64,000 bases of DNA from a bacterium (GCA_965203325.1 OZ241875.1:2304001-2368000); one strand, 5' to 3'; counted from the stretch's first letter, positions 1 to 14,658 are shown. Made by a program: numbers and translations. The notes: generated by a model not told the origin, from the sequence alone.

Positions 1-247
1 CCCCATGGGCGCGCCCTTCGTACTCTATCCGCTCGTGGCCGGGCTTCTGCAGGGGGGTGCGGGCTTCGGGCCGATGATAACGATGCTCACCTCAGCAGCC
101 CTGATCGGCCCGGTGCGCGCGTTCGCGTATGAAATCCCCATCCTCGGATCGGAGTTCTTCATGTTCCGCGTAATGGCCGTGTTCTGGATTCCGCCCGTGG
201 CGGGCCTCGTCGCGCAAACGCTCGCGCGCGTCCTGAAAGGCGGCTAG
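1..247 (+). CDS. C-terminal part of a predicted membrane permease (5'-truncated by window edge)
   Basis: Hydrophobic ORF open from the window start; ...GAGFGPMITMLTS...RAFAYEIPILG resembles predicted small-permease families. Confidence 0.5.
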   Translation, partial: PMGAPFVLYPLVAGLLQGGAGFGPMITMLTSAALIGPVRAFAYEIPILGSEFFMFRVMAVFWIPPVAGLVAQTLARVLKGG

Positions 248-1143
248 GCGCTTCTTCGGGGGACTTCGATGGGCAGATCTTCCCTGTCGCCCCACTCCTT
301 CCAGGAGCCGAGATAGTTTCTGATCCTCGGGTAGCCCAGCAGCCGGTAGACGAGGTAGGCGTGCGCCGAGCGGTAGCCGCCCTGGCAGAGCGGCACCATT
401 TCCTTATCAGGCGTCAGGCCCCTCGGCTCGAGCAACCCCTCGAGTTCGGAGGCGGGCTTGAGCGATCCGTCCGCCGCGATGGCCTCGCTCCATTCGAGGT
501 GGACCGAACCCGGAACCGCCCCGCCGCGCGCCGCCCGGACGTTCTCTGCGAAATACTCGCCCTCCGAGCGCGTATCGTGAATCGCAACGTCCGTATCGCC
601 CAGATGATCCAGTATGTACTCCGCCGTGGCGATGCGCCCTTCTTCATACGGCTTCAAGCGGCTCGCGAACGCGGTTCTTAAAATGCGCTTGTGGCCTTCG
701 ACACCCGCCTCGTAGGGGCCTCCCGCCATCGGCCATGCGTCGCGCGTGAGGGGCAGCCCTGCGGCCTTCCAGGCGTCAATGCCGCCGTCCAGGACGTGCG
801 CGTCCTCGTGGCCGAGATATTCCAGGAACCAGAACCCGCGCGCCGAGCGGAAACCCGTGTTCTCCTGATAGAAGACCACCGTCTTGTCGTAGTCGACGCC
901 CCGTATCTCCATAAGATAGGCGAGCATCCAGGTGAAGGCGGCCAGCGCCTGGGGCCGGGTGTCGTTGAGCGAGATTCCGTAGAGATCCAGGTGCGCGGCG
1001 CCTTCGATGTGGCCCGCGCAAAACTCCGGCGCCTGACGGGTGTCGATGATGACGAGGTCGTCGCCCTTTCGTTCGCCGATGCGCTCTGCGAGTTGCGCGG
1101 GCGTGAGGGCGAGGCCCGGGTTCGCGCAGCCTTTCTCGCTCAC
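244..1143 (-). CDS. Tandem-domain rhodanese / sulfurtransferase (SseA/TST-like)
   Basis: GHIEGA, VLDGGIDAW, catalytic loop CQGGYRS, C-terminal YLGSWKEW signature. Confidence 0.9.
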   Translation of the reverse strand: MSEKGCANPGLALTPAQLAERIGERKGDDLVIIDTRQAPEFCAGHIEGAAHLDLYGISLNDTRPQALAAFTWMLAYLMEIRGVDYDKTVVFYQENTGFRSARGFWFLEYLGHEDAHVLDGGIDAWKAAGLPLTRDAWPMAGGPYEAGVEGHKRILRTAFASRLKPYEEGRIATAEYILDHLGDTDVAIHDTRSEGEYFAENVRAARGGAVPGSVHLEWSEAIAADGSLKPASELEGLLEPRGLTPDKEMVPLCQGGYRSAHAYLVYRLLGYPRIRNYLGSWKEWGDREDLPIEVPRRSA

Positions 1144-1154
1144 CGGAAAGCTCC

Positions 1155-1697
1155 TTACCGAAACTCGCGGGGGCTTAACGGTTCAAGCTGGTCCGTGAGC
1201 TCTCTCGTCGTGGGCGAGGCCTGCAGCGGACGCACGTACACCTTCGCCTTCCCCTCGGGGGTGACGAAGCGGTAGCTCAGCTTGGCGACCTGGCCGTAGT
1301 TGTACCATACGTGCGTGTTGCGCTCTCCGCCGGTGACCAGGAGCAGATGGATCATCTCGACCGCTCCGTCGGAGCGAGTGATAAGCTCGAGCCGGTCGAT
1401 CTCGCGGGCGAAGGTTTCGGATTTTCCCGTCGCCAGCGTGATGGTGACGATGAGGTCCAGGGGACGCTGCGGTTGCGCAGGCGCAAGGGGGGCCTGCGGC
1501 GGCATCGCGGGCGCGGGTGGTGACAGGGCCGGGGCCGCTTGAGGCTGGCCGGGAACAACTCCGGGCGAAGCGGGCTGCGCCTCGGGCGGCGTCAGCGGCG
1601 GCGGCGTCAGGCTCTGCGCCTGGGCGCCCGCCGCCAAAAGAACCACCCCGAGCACGGCGAACAACAATTTCGGGAACCTTGTCTTGATTAAAAACAT
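1155..1697 (-). CDS. Hypothetical exported protein with Pro-rich linker
   Basis: Signal-peptide-like N-terminus (..AAGAQA), P/Q/A-rich stretch, AGGAG-type RBS upstream. Confidence 0.6.
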   Translation of the reverse strand: MFLIKTRFPKLLFAVLGVVLLAAGAQAQSLTPPPLTPPEAQPASPGVVPGQPQAAPALSPPAPAMPPQAPLAPAQPQRPLDLIVTITLATGKSETFAREIDRLELITRSDGAVEMIHLLLVTGGERNTHVWYNYGQVAKLSYRFVTPEGKAKVYVRPLQASPTTRELTDQLEPLSPREFR

Positions 1698-1760
1698 GGT
1701 CTCTCCTTTTTCAGGGAGTCGCGCTTTGTATGTGTTCGAATGATGTGCGCCTATTATACC

Positions 1761-3377
1761 TCATTTCGCCGCATCCGCAGCGCACCGAAACCCATACGCC
1801 GGCAATCGGCGCCCGGGAACGTCGCCCGTTCTGTGCGATGAGACTAGCGCCCACCACCCGTTCACCCAGGATCCCCCCTTGAGCGTTCGGAGCGCGCGGC
1901 CGTTCTGCTTGATCGACCGGGCGCCATCGGGCGTATTCCTGAATTCATCCTCCACCCACTCCCAGACGTTTCCGGCCAAATCCTCCACCCCGTGAACGCT
2001 GGCGCCTTCGGGTCGCCTTCCCACGGCCTTGGGCCCTCCGGCGTCCGGGCTCAGGCCGAAAACGGCGTTCCTGTCGCGTTGCGTATTCCCCCACGGATAC
2101 CGCCTGCCCTTGCCCGCGCCCTGGGCGGCGTATTCCCATTCGGCCTCCGTGGGCAGCCGTTTCCCGGCCCAGGCGCAGTAGGCGCGCGCCTCCTGCCATG
2201 TAATCCCGACCACGGGCAGATGAGGTCCCGTGAAATGGACCTTGCGCCAAAACGGAGGTTCGGGGGCTTTTGTCGCCCGCACGAAATCCGCGTAAAGCGC
2301 GTTCGTCACCTCGAACTTGTCCAGACGGAAAGGCCCGACTTCGACGGGCCTGCCGCCGGTCGCCCTTGGAGGGGCTCTCCTGCGGCGCGATCTCCTGCGA
2401 GACCTTTTCGGGTAGGTGAACTCGGCCCCCATCATGAAGCGCCCGCCGGGAATCGGCACCATCCCCTCGAGAGAGGGCTTGCGGACGGGAGGCGGCGCGG
2501 CGTCTTCGGCGGGGCGCGGCAATGGCTTCAACGCCCCGGGGGCTGTTTCGGGGAGCGCGAGTTTTGCGGTTTCGGTTTCCGGTTCGGGCTTTCGCCGCGC
2601 TTCGGGCTCAGGTTTTGACTCCGCTTCCGGCGTCAACCCGGGTTCAGGCGCTGATGATACTTCCGGGACCGCTTCGGTTTCGGGCGAGGGTTCCCCGGCT
2701 TTTGCTTCCTCTTTCTTTCCCTTTTTCGTCGGAAGCCGGGGAGGGGGCAGGCCCTTGATGGCGCGCGCCTTGAGTTCATGCTCGATGTTGGCGAGTTCGG
2801 GCCATCTCGACTTATCGAGCGAGCCGAGCAGCGCCTTCGCCTCTTTCAGCCGCCCGTAGCGATACAGCAGATAGGCGAGACCGCGCCGCGCGCTGCCGCT
2901 CTCGGGATAACGCGCGTTCGCCCGCCGGAAAAAGAAAAAGGCCTCATCGGGGCGATTCGAGTCGTACAGGGTCCAGCCGAGCCCCGTGAGGGCGTGGAGA
3001 CGTTCGGGATCATGAACGAGCGCCTCGCGAAAGCTTTTCTCGGCGAACTTGTAATCCTCTTGCCGATAGGCCGATTCTCCCGTTGCGCTGAAAGTCTCGG
3101 CGCGGCTCGGCGGAGACGGCTCGGGCTCCGGCGGGGCCGCAACCTCCTCCGGAGAGGACGGTTTGCGCTCCGGCGGAAGCGCGGGGGCCACGGAAAGCGT
3201 TCGCTTTAAGGCTTGGACGGGGAGAGGGGCGTCTCGAGGCGTTCCCTGCTCAGGCGCAATCGCCTCCCGGGCGGACAGCTCTACGCCGTCACAGCCAAAA
3301 CCCAGGAATGCCAGCGCAACGAAACATGTCGAGAGCAAAGGCGGGAGCATCGCCCCTTCATTTCTTTCTCGCATCAC
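1761..3377 (-). CDS. Putative lipoprotein with TPR repeats and C-terminal FGE-sulfatase (SUMF1-like) domain
   Basis: Lipobox-like FLGFGC; TPR-like helices; FEVTNALY, RLPTEAEWEYAA, DLAGNVWEW, GFRCA motifs; start uncertain. Confidence 0.8.
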   Translation of the reverse strand: MMRERNEGAMLPPLLSTCFVALAFLGFGCDGVELSAREAIAPEQGTPRDAPLPVQALKRTLSVAPALPPERKPSSPEEVAAPPEPEPSPPSRAETFSATGESAYRQEDYKFAEKSFREALVHDPERLHALTGLGWTLYDSNRPDEAFFFFRRANARYPESGSARRGLAYLLYRYGRLKEAKALLGSLDKSRWPELANIEHELKARAIKGLPPPRLPTKKGKKEEAKAGEPSPETEAVPEVSSAPEPGLTPEAESKPEPEARRKPEPETETAKLALPETAPGALKPLPRPAEDAAPPPVRKPSLEGMVPIPGGRFMMGAEFTYPKRSRRRSRRRRAPPRATGGRPVEVGPFRLDKFEVTNALYADFVRATKAPEPPFWRKVHFTGPHLPVVGITWQEARAYCAWAGKRLPTEAEWEYAAQGAGKGRRYPWGNTQRDRNAVFGLSPDAGGPKAVGRRPEGASVHGVEDLAGNVWEWVEDEFRNTPDGARSIKQNGRALRTLKGGSWVNGWWALVSSHRTGDVPGRRLPAYGFRCAADAAK

Positions 3378-3388
3378 CCACCCAGTAT

Positions 3389-5818
<2,430 letters not shown>

Positions 5819-6128
5819 GCTCTCGAAAATCTCCTGCAGACGGCGTTATCTGGGGCCGTCCCAAAAGCTCCTGAAACCGGAGAGGGGCGAACCTGGGCGG
5901 GCGAAACACAAACACTGTCTTTTACCACAAAATGGGTGTGCCGGCAAACCAGGACAACCACTTGCGCAAACTTTACATGAGACGTAAGTGGCGTTTTTTC
6001 AAAAAGTTATGAGCTTCGGCCCTCTTTATTTCCAGCGATTGCCCAAGCGCTTTCATTCATGGACAATAAGGAGGCTCGGAAACGATGGTAAAATTCAGAT
6101 CCCGACCTGTTCTTGGGTGAGGAGAATT

Positions 6129-6587
6129 ATGCGACTCGCACTCTCGGCGCATTGCCGTATCTATCTGTTGGCGACCGTCGTTTTCCTTGCGTCGCTCCTC
6201 GCCGCTTCTATCATGGCTGAGAGCCATAAAGCCGGGAGCGGCGAGGCCCATTCATACGAAGTGGCAGACCTGATGGAGAAGCTCGACGCGGACTTCGGCG
6301 CGCTTGTGAAGGCCGCCCTCATCACCTCCGTTCAGGAACTCGTGAACGACACTCCTTACGCAACCATCGCAAAACACGCGGAATCAATGGTCACCACGGC
6401 GAAAGTCCTGCCCTCCGTTGAGGAATTCCAGGGGGACAACTCGATGCTCGCCCTCTCGCGCCAGCTCGAGGGCGCAGCCACTGCACTCGCCAGGGCGGCG
6501 AAGAGCAAAGATATCGCCGCGACCGCCAAGGCGTTGTTCGAGGTGCACGGCGCGTGTGTGCGCTGTCACGAAGAAGCGCGTTTCTAG
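6129..6587 (+). CDS. Class II cytochrome c (cytochrome c'-like)
   Basis: Signal peptide, helical body, single C-terminal CVRCH heme motif; GGAG RBS before ATG 6129. Confidence 0.75.
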   Translation: MRLALSAHCRIYLLATVVFLASLLAASIMAESHKAGSGEAHSYEVADLMEKLDADFGALVKAALITSVQELVNDTPYATIAKHAESMVTTAKVLPSVEEFQGDNSMLALSRQLEGAATALARAAKSKDIAATAKALFEVHGACVRCHEEARF

Positions 6588-6641
6588 TTCCGGGGAAATT
6601 CCGGACGTCACGGGTTTTGCGCGCGGGGTGGGGCTTGCGCG

Positions 6642-9149
<2,508 letters not shown>

Positions 9150-10265
9150 TCAATCTATCCTTTCAACCGTTGCGTCTCGAACCAGAAAAGTTCTTCCGTC
9201 AATCTCGTTTGCGCTCAAGCCGGGCTCCTCAGTCGACGTGATGAACGTTTGCGCTCCCAAGGAGCCGAGAAACAACAGCATCCTCTTTTTCCTGTCCACG
9301 TCGAGCTCGGAACCCAGATCGTCGAGTAAAACGACGGGGGGCTCCCCTCTCCTCTTCTTGTATTCCTCGGCGTTCGCCGACACCAGCAATATCGTAGTGA
9401 GCCGCTGTTCGCCCTGGGAAGCAACATCCTTCGCCCGGCGCCCCTCCCAAAACAGGTGGAAATCATCGAACCGGGGACCCCAAAGCGTCGCTTTTCTCCT
9501 TGCTTCCTCTCTCGCGAGCCTCCCGGCAGTCGCCTGCAGGCCCTCTCTTATATCCCCTTCCGCTTCCTCGTCTCCTCCCGGAAGACCATTGGCTTCATAT
9601 GCCACCGAAACCCTGGACCCCTGCGTTTCCCCAAACAAACTCTCCAGGTGATTCAGCCGGTTTTTCAGTGAATTTATGTATCTTTTCCTGCGGACGATAA
9701 TGCGGGCGGCCACCTCGATCAATCGCTCCTGCCACACCTGAATCATAGCAGATTCAGACTCGTTTCTCAAAAGATGATTCCTCTCCGAGAGCAGTTTCGC
9801 ATAGGCCCTGGAATCTTCGAGATGGGCCGGTTCGACGGCCGCGATCGCCTGATCGAAAAAACGTCTCCTCGCTCCGGGGCCCTCCTTGACTATCTGGGTC
9901 GTCTCGGGAAAAAAGACGATGACGTGGGAGCTATCGAGATAGGGCATCAAGCCCCGCAACTCCTGCCCGTCCTTCTTGTATTTTCTCTCACGTCCGCTTA
10001 CCGCAGCCTCAAGCCTTGTTTCCGCGCCGCCTTCGCCCCCGGAGAACACGCCGGACGCATACATTCCCCCTGCGCCGTGAAGCACCATCTTCTCCCTGGA
10101 TGCCCGCCGAAAAGAACGCAGATGCGAGAGGTAGTAAATGGCTTCCAGCAAGTTCGTCTTGCCCGATCCGTTGTTGCCGAAAATGTAGTTAAACCCAGGG
10201 TGTGGTTTGAACCCGAGCCTTGGGTAGTTCCTGAAGTTTTTAAGAGTGAGCTCGATGAGGCGCAA
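9150..10265 (-). CDS. recF: DNA replication/repair protein RecF
   Basis: FRNY, Walker A GNNGSGKTNLLEA, SQGEQR signature, LLDDLGSELD; synteny with gyrB. Confidence 0.95.
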   Translation of the reverse strand: MRLIELTLKNFRNYPRLGFKPHPGFNYIFGNNGSGKTNLLEAIYYLSHLRSFRRASREKMVLHGAGGMYASGVFSGGEGGAETRLEAAVSGRERKYKKDGQELRGLMPYLDSSHVIVFFPETTQIVKEGPGARRRFFDQAIAAVEPAHLEDSRAYAKLLSERNHLLRNESESAMIQVWQERLIEVAARIIVRRKRYINSLKNRLNHLESLFGETQGSRVSVAYEANGLPGGDEEAEGDIREGLQATAGRLAREEARRKATLWGPRFDDFHLFWEGRRAKDVASQGEQRLTTILLVSANAEEYKKRRGEPPVVLLDDLGSELDVDRKKRMLLFLGSLGAQTFITSTEEPGLSANEIDGRTFLVRDATVERID

Positions 10266-10498
10266 AGGATATCCTCAGATGCTAATTCTTTTAGAACTAT
10301 ATAATACTTAAATAGCAGTAGTAGCGGGAGCGGTGATATTGTGGAAAACCTCGCAAGATGTTCAAAAAAGAGCGCTTTCCCGGCCAGGGGGGTGTGGAAT
10401 TATTTGTGATTCGAGGCGAATGGCTGGGTGTTTCTTCTTTGGGCGCGAGGAATGCAGGGCAATTAACGTGGTTATCCACAATTCTTTCCACGGGTGTT
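10266..10498. promoter_or_regulatory. oriC part 2 (unwinding region): DnaA boxes, DnaA-trio-like repeats and AT-rich tract
   Basis: TTATCCACA 10472-10480; TGTGGAAAA 10340-10348; TGTGGAATT 10393-10401; TAG-CAG-TAG-TAG 10313-10324; AT-rich tract ~10283-10312. Confidence 0.8.
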
Positions 10499-11830
10499 TC
10501 AAGAGATATCTATCTTTTGCTCGAGTGTTTGGATGGTGGCGGAGAGAGACGGGTCTGTTTTGATCAGGCCCTCGATTTTTTTGGTGGAGTGAATCACCGT
10601 GGAGTGATCCTTCCCGCCGAAGCGGCGGCCGATTTCCGTGGTCGAGGCGCGCGTGAGTTTCCTCGCGAGGAACATGGCGATCTGCCGGGGAACGGCGAAA
10701 GAGCGCGAGCGGTTTTTCGATTTCAGGTCGGCGACCCGGACCTGGAAGTGCTCGGCGACGATTTTCTGGATGTTGTCTACCGAGGAATTGCGGGTGGGGT
10801 CGCGGATGATGCCTTGCAGTATCTCCTGCGCGATGGGAAGGTCGATCTCGATGTCGTGCAGGGAAGCGTAGATGTTGAGTCTGATGAGGCAGCCCTCGAG
10901 TTCGCGGACGTTGGAGCGAACCCTGTCGGCGATATAGTGGGCGACCTCCCTGTGGAGGACGAGATCTTGTTCGCTCGCTTTTTTCTGCAGGATGGCCACT
11001 TTGGTCTCGAAGTCCGGTGCGCCGATATCCGCCATCATGCCTGAGCTGAAGCGCGACCTGAGGCGATTCTCCAGCCCCGGCGTGTCTCCGGGTGTTTTAT
11101 CGCTCGTGATGACGACCTGTTTCCTTTCTCGTTGCAATGAATCGAAAGTGAAGAAGAACTCCTCCTGGGTGCGTTCCTTTCCGGCGATGAACTGTATGTC
11201 GTCTATCATCAGGACGTCTACTTGTCGGTATTTGCTCCTGAAGGCGGCCATCTGGTTTTGTCGAATCGAGGCAATGAGGTCGTTGATGAAGCTTTCCGAA
11301 GAAGTGTAGAAGATGCGCGTCCTCGGCTGTCGATCGAGAATGTGGTGGGCGATGGCGTGCATCAGATGGGTTTTTCCGAGCCCCACCCCGCCGTAGATGA
11401 AAAGCGGGAAGAGGGAGGCTCCCAGGCCGTCCGCCAGGCGGAGGCTGCAGGCATGGGCGAATTGGTTCGATCCTCCCACCACGAAGTTGTCGAAACGATA
11501 CTTGGGATTGAGAAAGGCCGGCTTCTCCGGGGGCTCTTTTTCTTTCTCGGCCGGGACCGGCGCGTCTGAGACGATAGTTCCGTTTGTCGGCGCGTCGCTC
11601 GCCGAGAGGGTGATCATCACGTTCGGCCCGGCCTCTTGTTCGAGGATGTCCTGGATGATTCCCCAGTAGCGTGAGCGCAGGGTCCCCGCCGTAAACGGAT
11701 CGGGGGCCTGAATCGCCAGCGTGTTCTCGCTCGAATTCAACTCTTCGATGCCGGCAAACCAGCGGGAGAACGTCTGGGGGGAAACCTCTTGCTCGATTTT
11801 TTCCGCGCAACGCTGCCAAAGAGTCGTCAT
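10499..11830 (-). CDS. dnaA: Chromosomal replication initiator DnaA
   Basis: LNPKYRFDNFVVG, YGGVGLGKTHL, IDDIQF, QEEFF, SNVRELEG, GGKDHSTVIH; start set at ATG 11830 (MTTLWQ) because the longer ORF runs through DnaA boxes. Confidence 0.97.
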   Translation of the reverse strand: MTTLWQRCAEKIEQEVSPQTFSRWFAGIEELNSSENTLAIQAPDPFTAGTLRSRYWGIIQDILEQEAGPNVMITLSASDAPTNGTIVSDAPVPAEKEKEPPEKPAFLNPKYRFDNFVVGGSNQFAHACSLRLADGLGASLFPLFIYGGVGLGKTHLMHAIAHHILDRQPRTRIFYTSSESFINDLIASIRQNQMAAFRSKYRQVDVLMIDDIQFIAGKERTQEEFFFTFDSLQRERKQVVITSDKTPGDTPGLENRLRSRFSSGMMADIGAPDFETKVAILQKKASEQDLVLHREVAHYIADRVRSNVRELEGCLIRLNIYASLHDIEIDLPIAQEILQGIIRDPTRNSSVDNIQKIVAEHFQVRVADLKSKNRSRSFAVPRQIAMFLARKLTRASTTEIGRRFGGKDHSTVIHSTKKIEGLIKTDPSLSATIQTLEQKIDIS

Positions 11831-11834
11831 AAGG

Positions 11835-11980
11835 AGAGCCAATCCACAAAATTCAAGGCGCGACGAGGGCTTTTTGCGCCGCGCAGGAACGGGTTTTTCC
11901 ACAGGGCGAGATAAAACTTGACCCGGGGGAGCACTTTTCCACAAAATGCCTCAAAAGGCAAGGGTTTTCCACAAAAAACA
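11835..11980. promoter_or_regulatory. oriC part 1 / dnaA promoter region with clustered DnaA boxes
   Basis: Three same-orientation TTTTCCACA at 11895-11903, 11935-11943 and 11965-11973, plus AATCCACA at 11841. Confidence 0.75.
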
Positions 11981-12096
11981 TGGCATTTTTCCGGCAAACG
12001 AGGATTTTTCTTCTTCGAAGGAGCAACGAACGGTACGCGAAGCCGGTCTCCCGTCCATTCGGGGCCGGTAAGTTCGAGCACCCCCGCAGGAGGTTC

Positions 12097-12125
12097 TTGA
12101 CAATCGGGATTTTGGTGGCTACTTT
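12097..12125 (+). promoter_or_regulatory. Sigma70-type promoter for the rpmH operon
   Basis: TTGACA (12097-12102), 17-bp spacer, TACTTT (12120-12125). Confidence 0.65.
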
Positions 12126-12210
12126 ACGCTCGGCTTCTTGGGGAAGCCTTTCTCAAGCGTTATATGTCGGGTTTAACGCTCGGCTTTTGGGCCGGCAGAC
12201 GGAGTAGTTG

Positions 12211-12351
12211 GTGAAACGAACTTACCAGCCGAACAGAAGAAAACGAGCGAAGACGCACGGGTTTCGCCGCCGGATGAAGACCACCGGCGGACGCGCAATC
12301 ATCAGGCGTCGACGGATTAAGGGCCGCAAGCGGCTCGGCGTTTCCGCCTAG
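12211..12351 (+). CDS. rpmH: 50S ribosomal protein L34 (absent from ORF track)
   Basis: GTG start; translates as [53 protein letters not shown]. Confidence 0.97.
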   Translation: MKRTYQPNRRKRAKTHGFRRRMKTTGGRAIIRRRRIKGRKRLGVSA

Positions 12352-12395
12352 ACGGCGCGCCGGGCTTGCCGACCCTCGACCGGGAGGGCGCGGGC

Positions 12396-12743
12396 ATGGA
12401 TGAGGGCTTCCCGCCGGAGCGGCGAATCCGCAAGGGGAGCGACTTCGCCGCCGTTCTCAGAAAAGGACGCAAACGCAGGTGTCCGTACTTCACGCTGCAT
12501 ATCCTGCCGACTCCTTCTCGGGATTGCGCGCGCCTCGGCATCATCGCGTCGCGCCGGGTGGGCGGCGCCGTCCAGAGGAATCGCGCCAAACGGCTCCTCC
12601 GCGAGGTGTTTCGGCGTCACGGCTCACGGCTCCCCCCAGGAGTGGACCTTGTGGCCGTGGCGAGGAACTCGATCGCCAAGGCGAGGCTAGAGGATGTTGA
12701 AAGGGCGTTCCGCAACGCTTTCCACGGGAAGACGAATTCCTGA
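12396..12743 (+). CDS. rnpA: Ribonuclease P protein component
   Basis: RLGIIASRRVGGAVQRNRAKRLLRE (RNR motif); follows rpmH. Confidence 0.93.
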   Translation: MDEGFPPERRIRKGSDFAAVLRKGRKRRCPYFTLHILPTPSRDCARLGIIASRRVGGAVQRNRAKRLLREVFRRHGSRLPPGVDLVAVARNSIAKARLEDVERAFRNAFHGKTNS

Positions 12744-12981
12744 AAAAGAGATCGGCCCCGTCTCTCGGGCGATCCGTGTTCTGGCGATGGCTCTGATTCG
12801 GGGATATCAACTCGTTTTGTCTCCCGTGATGCCGGGCAGTTGCCGCTTTTCACCCTCTTGTTCTTGTTATGCGCTCGAGGCGTTCAGGCGCCACGCGCCC
12901 GCTCGGGCCTTGTGGCTCACCGTGCGCCGCATCGGGCGCTGCCATCCATTTCACCCCGGGGGAAACGATCCGGTTCCCTGA
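12694..12981 (+). CDS. yidD: Membrane protein insertion efficiency factor YidD (true start may be downstream)
   Basis: CRFSPSCSCYA...RIGRCHPFHPGGNDPVP. Confidence 0.92.
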   Translation: MLKGRSATLSTGRRIPEKEIGPVSRAIRVLAMALIRGYQLVLSPVMPGSCRFSPSCSCYALEAFRRHAPARALWLTVRRIGRCHPFHPGGNDPVP

Positions 12982-13007
12982 GGGGTCCGGCGGAGGCGCC
13001 TTACATC

Positions 13008-14651
13008 ATGGAAAGAAACGCGATTCTCGCCGCCGTCTTGTCGATGGCGATACTGATCGGCTGGCAATACCTCGTCGTGAAGCCCATGGAAGACGAGCAG
13101 GCCCAGAAGCAGAAGGTGGCCAAGGAGCGCGCGGCGGCACAGAACAGGGAACGAGGGAGCGCGGCGAGTACGCCGCTCAGGGCGCCCGCCTCCGTCGCCG
13201 GCCAGCCGTCCGCGCCCGCCGCTCCGTCTGCGCCGACGGAAGCCGCTCCCGGCCGGCGTGTTCGCGTGGACGTGGGCGACGCGGTGTATGAGTTGACCAA
13301 CCGGGGCGCGGGGTTTTTGTCCGCGCGACTCCTGAAATACAAACAGGGCGAAAAGAATTCTGTCCAGCTCGTACCTCCGGGCCGCCCGGACGTACGGCCC
13401 CTTTTCTTCTGGGGCGGAAAGACGGCGCAGCGGCTCAACGAGGCCTCCTACGAGGTCGAGGGCGGCGACCTCTCGCTCTCGAAGACGAATCCGGAAGGGA
13501 CGGTTCGCTTCGTCTACCGCGGCGCCGACGGCCTCTCGGCGGAGAAGGCGCTCACCTTCCGCCATAACGAATTCAACATCCGTACGAGGATTCGCGTCAC
13601 CCGCCCCTCCGGGGCCGAGGCGATGGGAATCGTCTGGGGGCCGCGCGTCGGCGGGAGCGACGGCAACACCTACGGCGGCGTCATCGAGGGCCCCATGAGC
13701 TTCGTGGGCGAAGAACTCGAATACGACTATCCCGAGGAGGCGAAACCCGTCACCCACGGTGAGAGCCTCAAGTGGACATCGCTCCAGTCGAAGCACTTCA
13801 TCGCGGCGCTCATCCCCCGAGGCGGGGCGGGCGGAGCGGAGATACGCCTTCTCTCCCAGACGGACGACTTAAGCGAATACGCCGCCATCGTTCCTTTCGC
13901 GCAGGGAAAGGACATCGATGCGGCCTTCGACGTCTACGTGGGGCCGAAGGCGTTGGACCACCTCGAAAAACTCAAGGTCAACCTCGAGGACTCCCTGGAC
14001 TACGGGATGTTTTCTTTCATCGCCAAGCCGCTCATGTCGATCCTGCGTTTTTTCCACGGGTTCGTGGGCAACTGGGGCGTGGCCATCATCCTGCTGACCA
14101 TCCTGGTGAAGATTATCTTCTACCCGCTCACCCACGTCAGCATGCGCAACATGAAGGAGATGCAAAAACTCCAGCCGCGCATCACGCAACTCCGCGAGAT
14201 ATATAAAGACGACAAGAACAGGCTGAACGAGCAGACCATGGCCTTGTATAAGGAGCACAAGGTCAACCCGATGATGGGCTGCCTGCCCATGCTGATACAG
14301 ATACCCGTCTTCTTCGGGTTGTACGAGGCGCTCCTGGTGTCGATAGAGTTGCGCAACGCGCCCTTTTTCGGCTGGGTGCAGGACCTCTCGGTGCAGGACC
14401 CCTATCACGTGTATACGATACTCATGGGCGCTTCGATGTTCCTGCAGCAGAAAATGACGCCCACCGCGGGCGACCCCACCCAGGCGAAGATGATGATGCT
14501 CATGCCCGTCGTCTTCACGGGCATGTTCATCTTCTATCCCGTGCCCGTGGGGCTGGTGATCTACTGGCTGGTGAACAACCTGCTCTCCATCGCTCAGCAA
14601 TTCTACGTGAACCGTTCCGTTCAGCCGCCCAAGCTGGCCGAGGAGAACTGA
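13008..14651 (+). CDS. yidC: Membrane protein insertase YidC
   Basis: N-terminal TM, periplasmic domain, GNWGVAIILLT, GCLPMLIQIPVF, LVIYWLVNN. Confidence 0.96.
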   Translation: MERNAILAAVLSMAILIGWQYLVVKPMEDEQAQKQKVAKERAAAQNRERGSAASTPLRAPASVAGQPSAPAAPSAPTEAAPGRRVRVDVGDAVYELTNRGAGFLSARLLKYKQGEKNSVQLVPPGRPDVRPLFFWGGKTAQRLNEASYEVEGGDLSLSKTNPEGTVRFVYRGADGLSAEKALTFRHNEFNIRTRIRVTRPSGAEAMGIVWGPRVGGSDGNTYGGVIEGPMSFVGEELEYDYPEEAKPVTHGESLKWTSLQSKHFIAALIPRGGAGGAEIRLLSQTDDLSEYAAIVPFAQGKDIDAAFDVYVGPKALDHLEKLKVNLEDSLDYGMFSFIAKPLMSILRFFHGFVGNWGVAIILLTILVKIIFYPLTHVSMRNMKEMQKLQPRITQLREIYKDDKNRLNEQTMALYKEHKVNPMMGCLPMLIQIPVFFGLYEALLVSIELRNAPFFGWVQDLSVQDPYHVYTILMGASMFLQQKMTPTAGDPTQAKMMMLMPVVFTGMFIFYPVPVGLVIYWLVNNLLSIAQQFYVNRSVQPPKLAEEN

Positions 14652-14658
14652 CGCGAAA

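Noticed and set aside
5940..6000. GGCAAACC...CGCAAA resembling a c-di-GMP-I riboswitch
   Set aside because: No GAAA-capped P2 stem or convincing P1/P3 pairing.
11831..11944. N-terminal extension of DnaA in the ORF track
   Set aside because: Runs through the DnaA box cluster; domain I similarity begins at MTTLWQ (ATG 11830).
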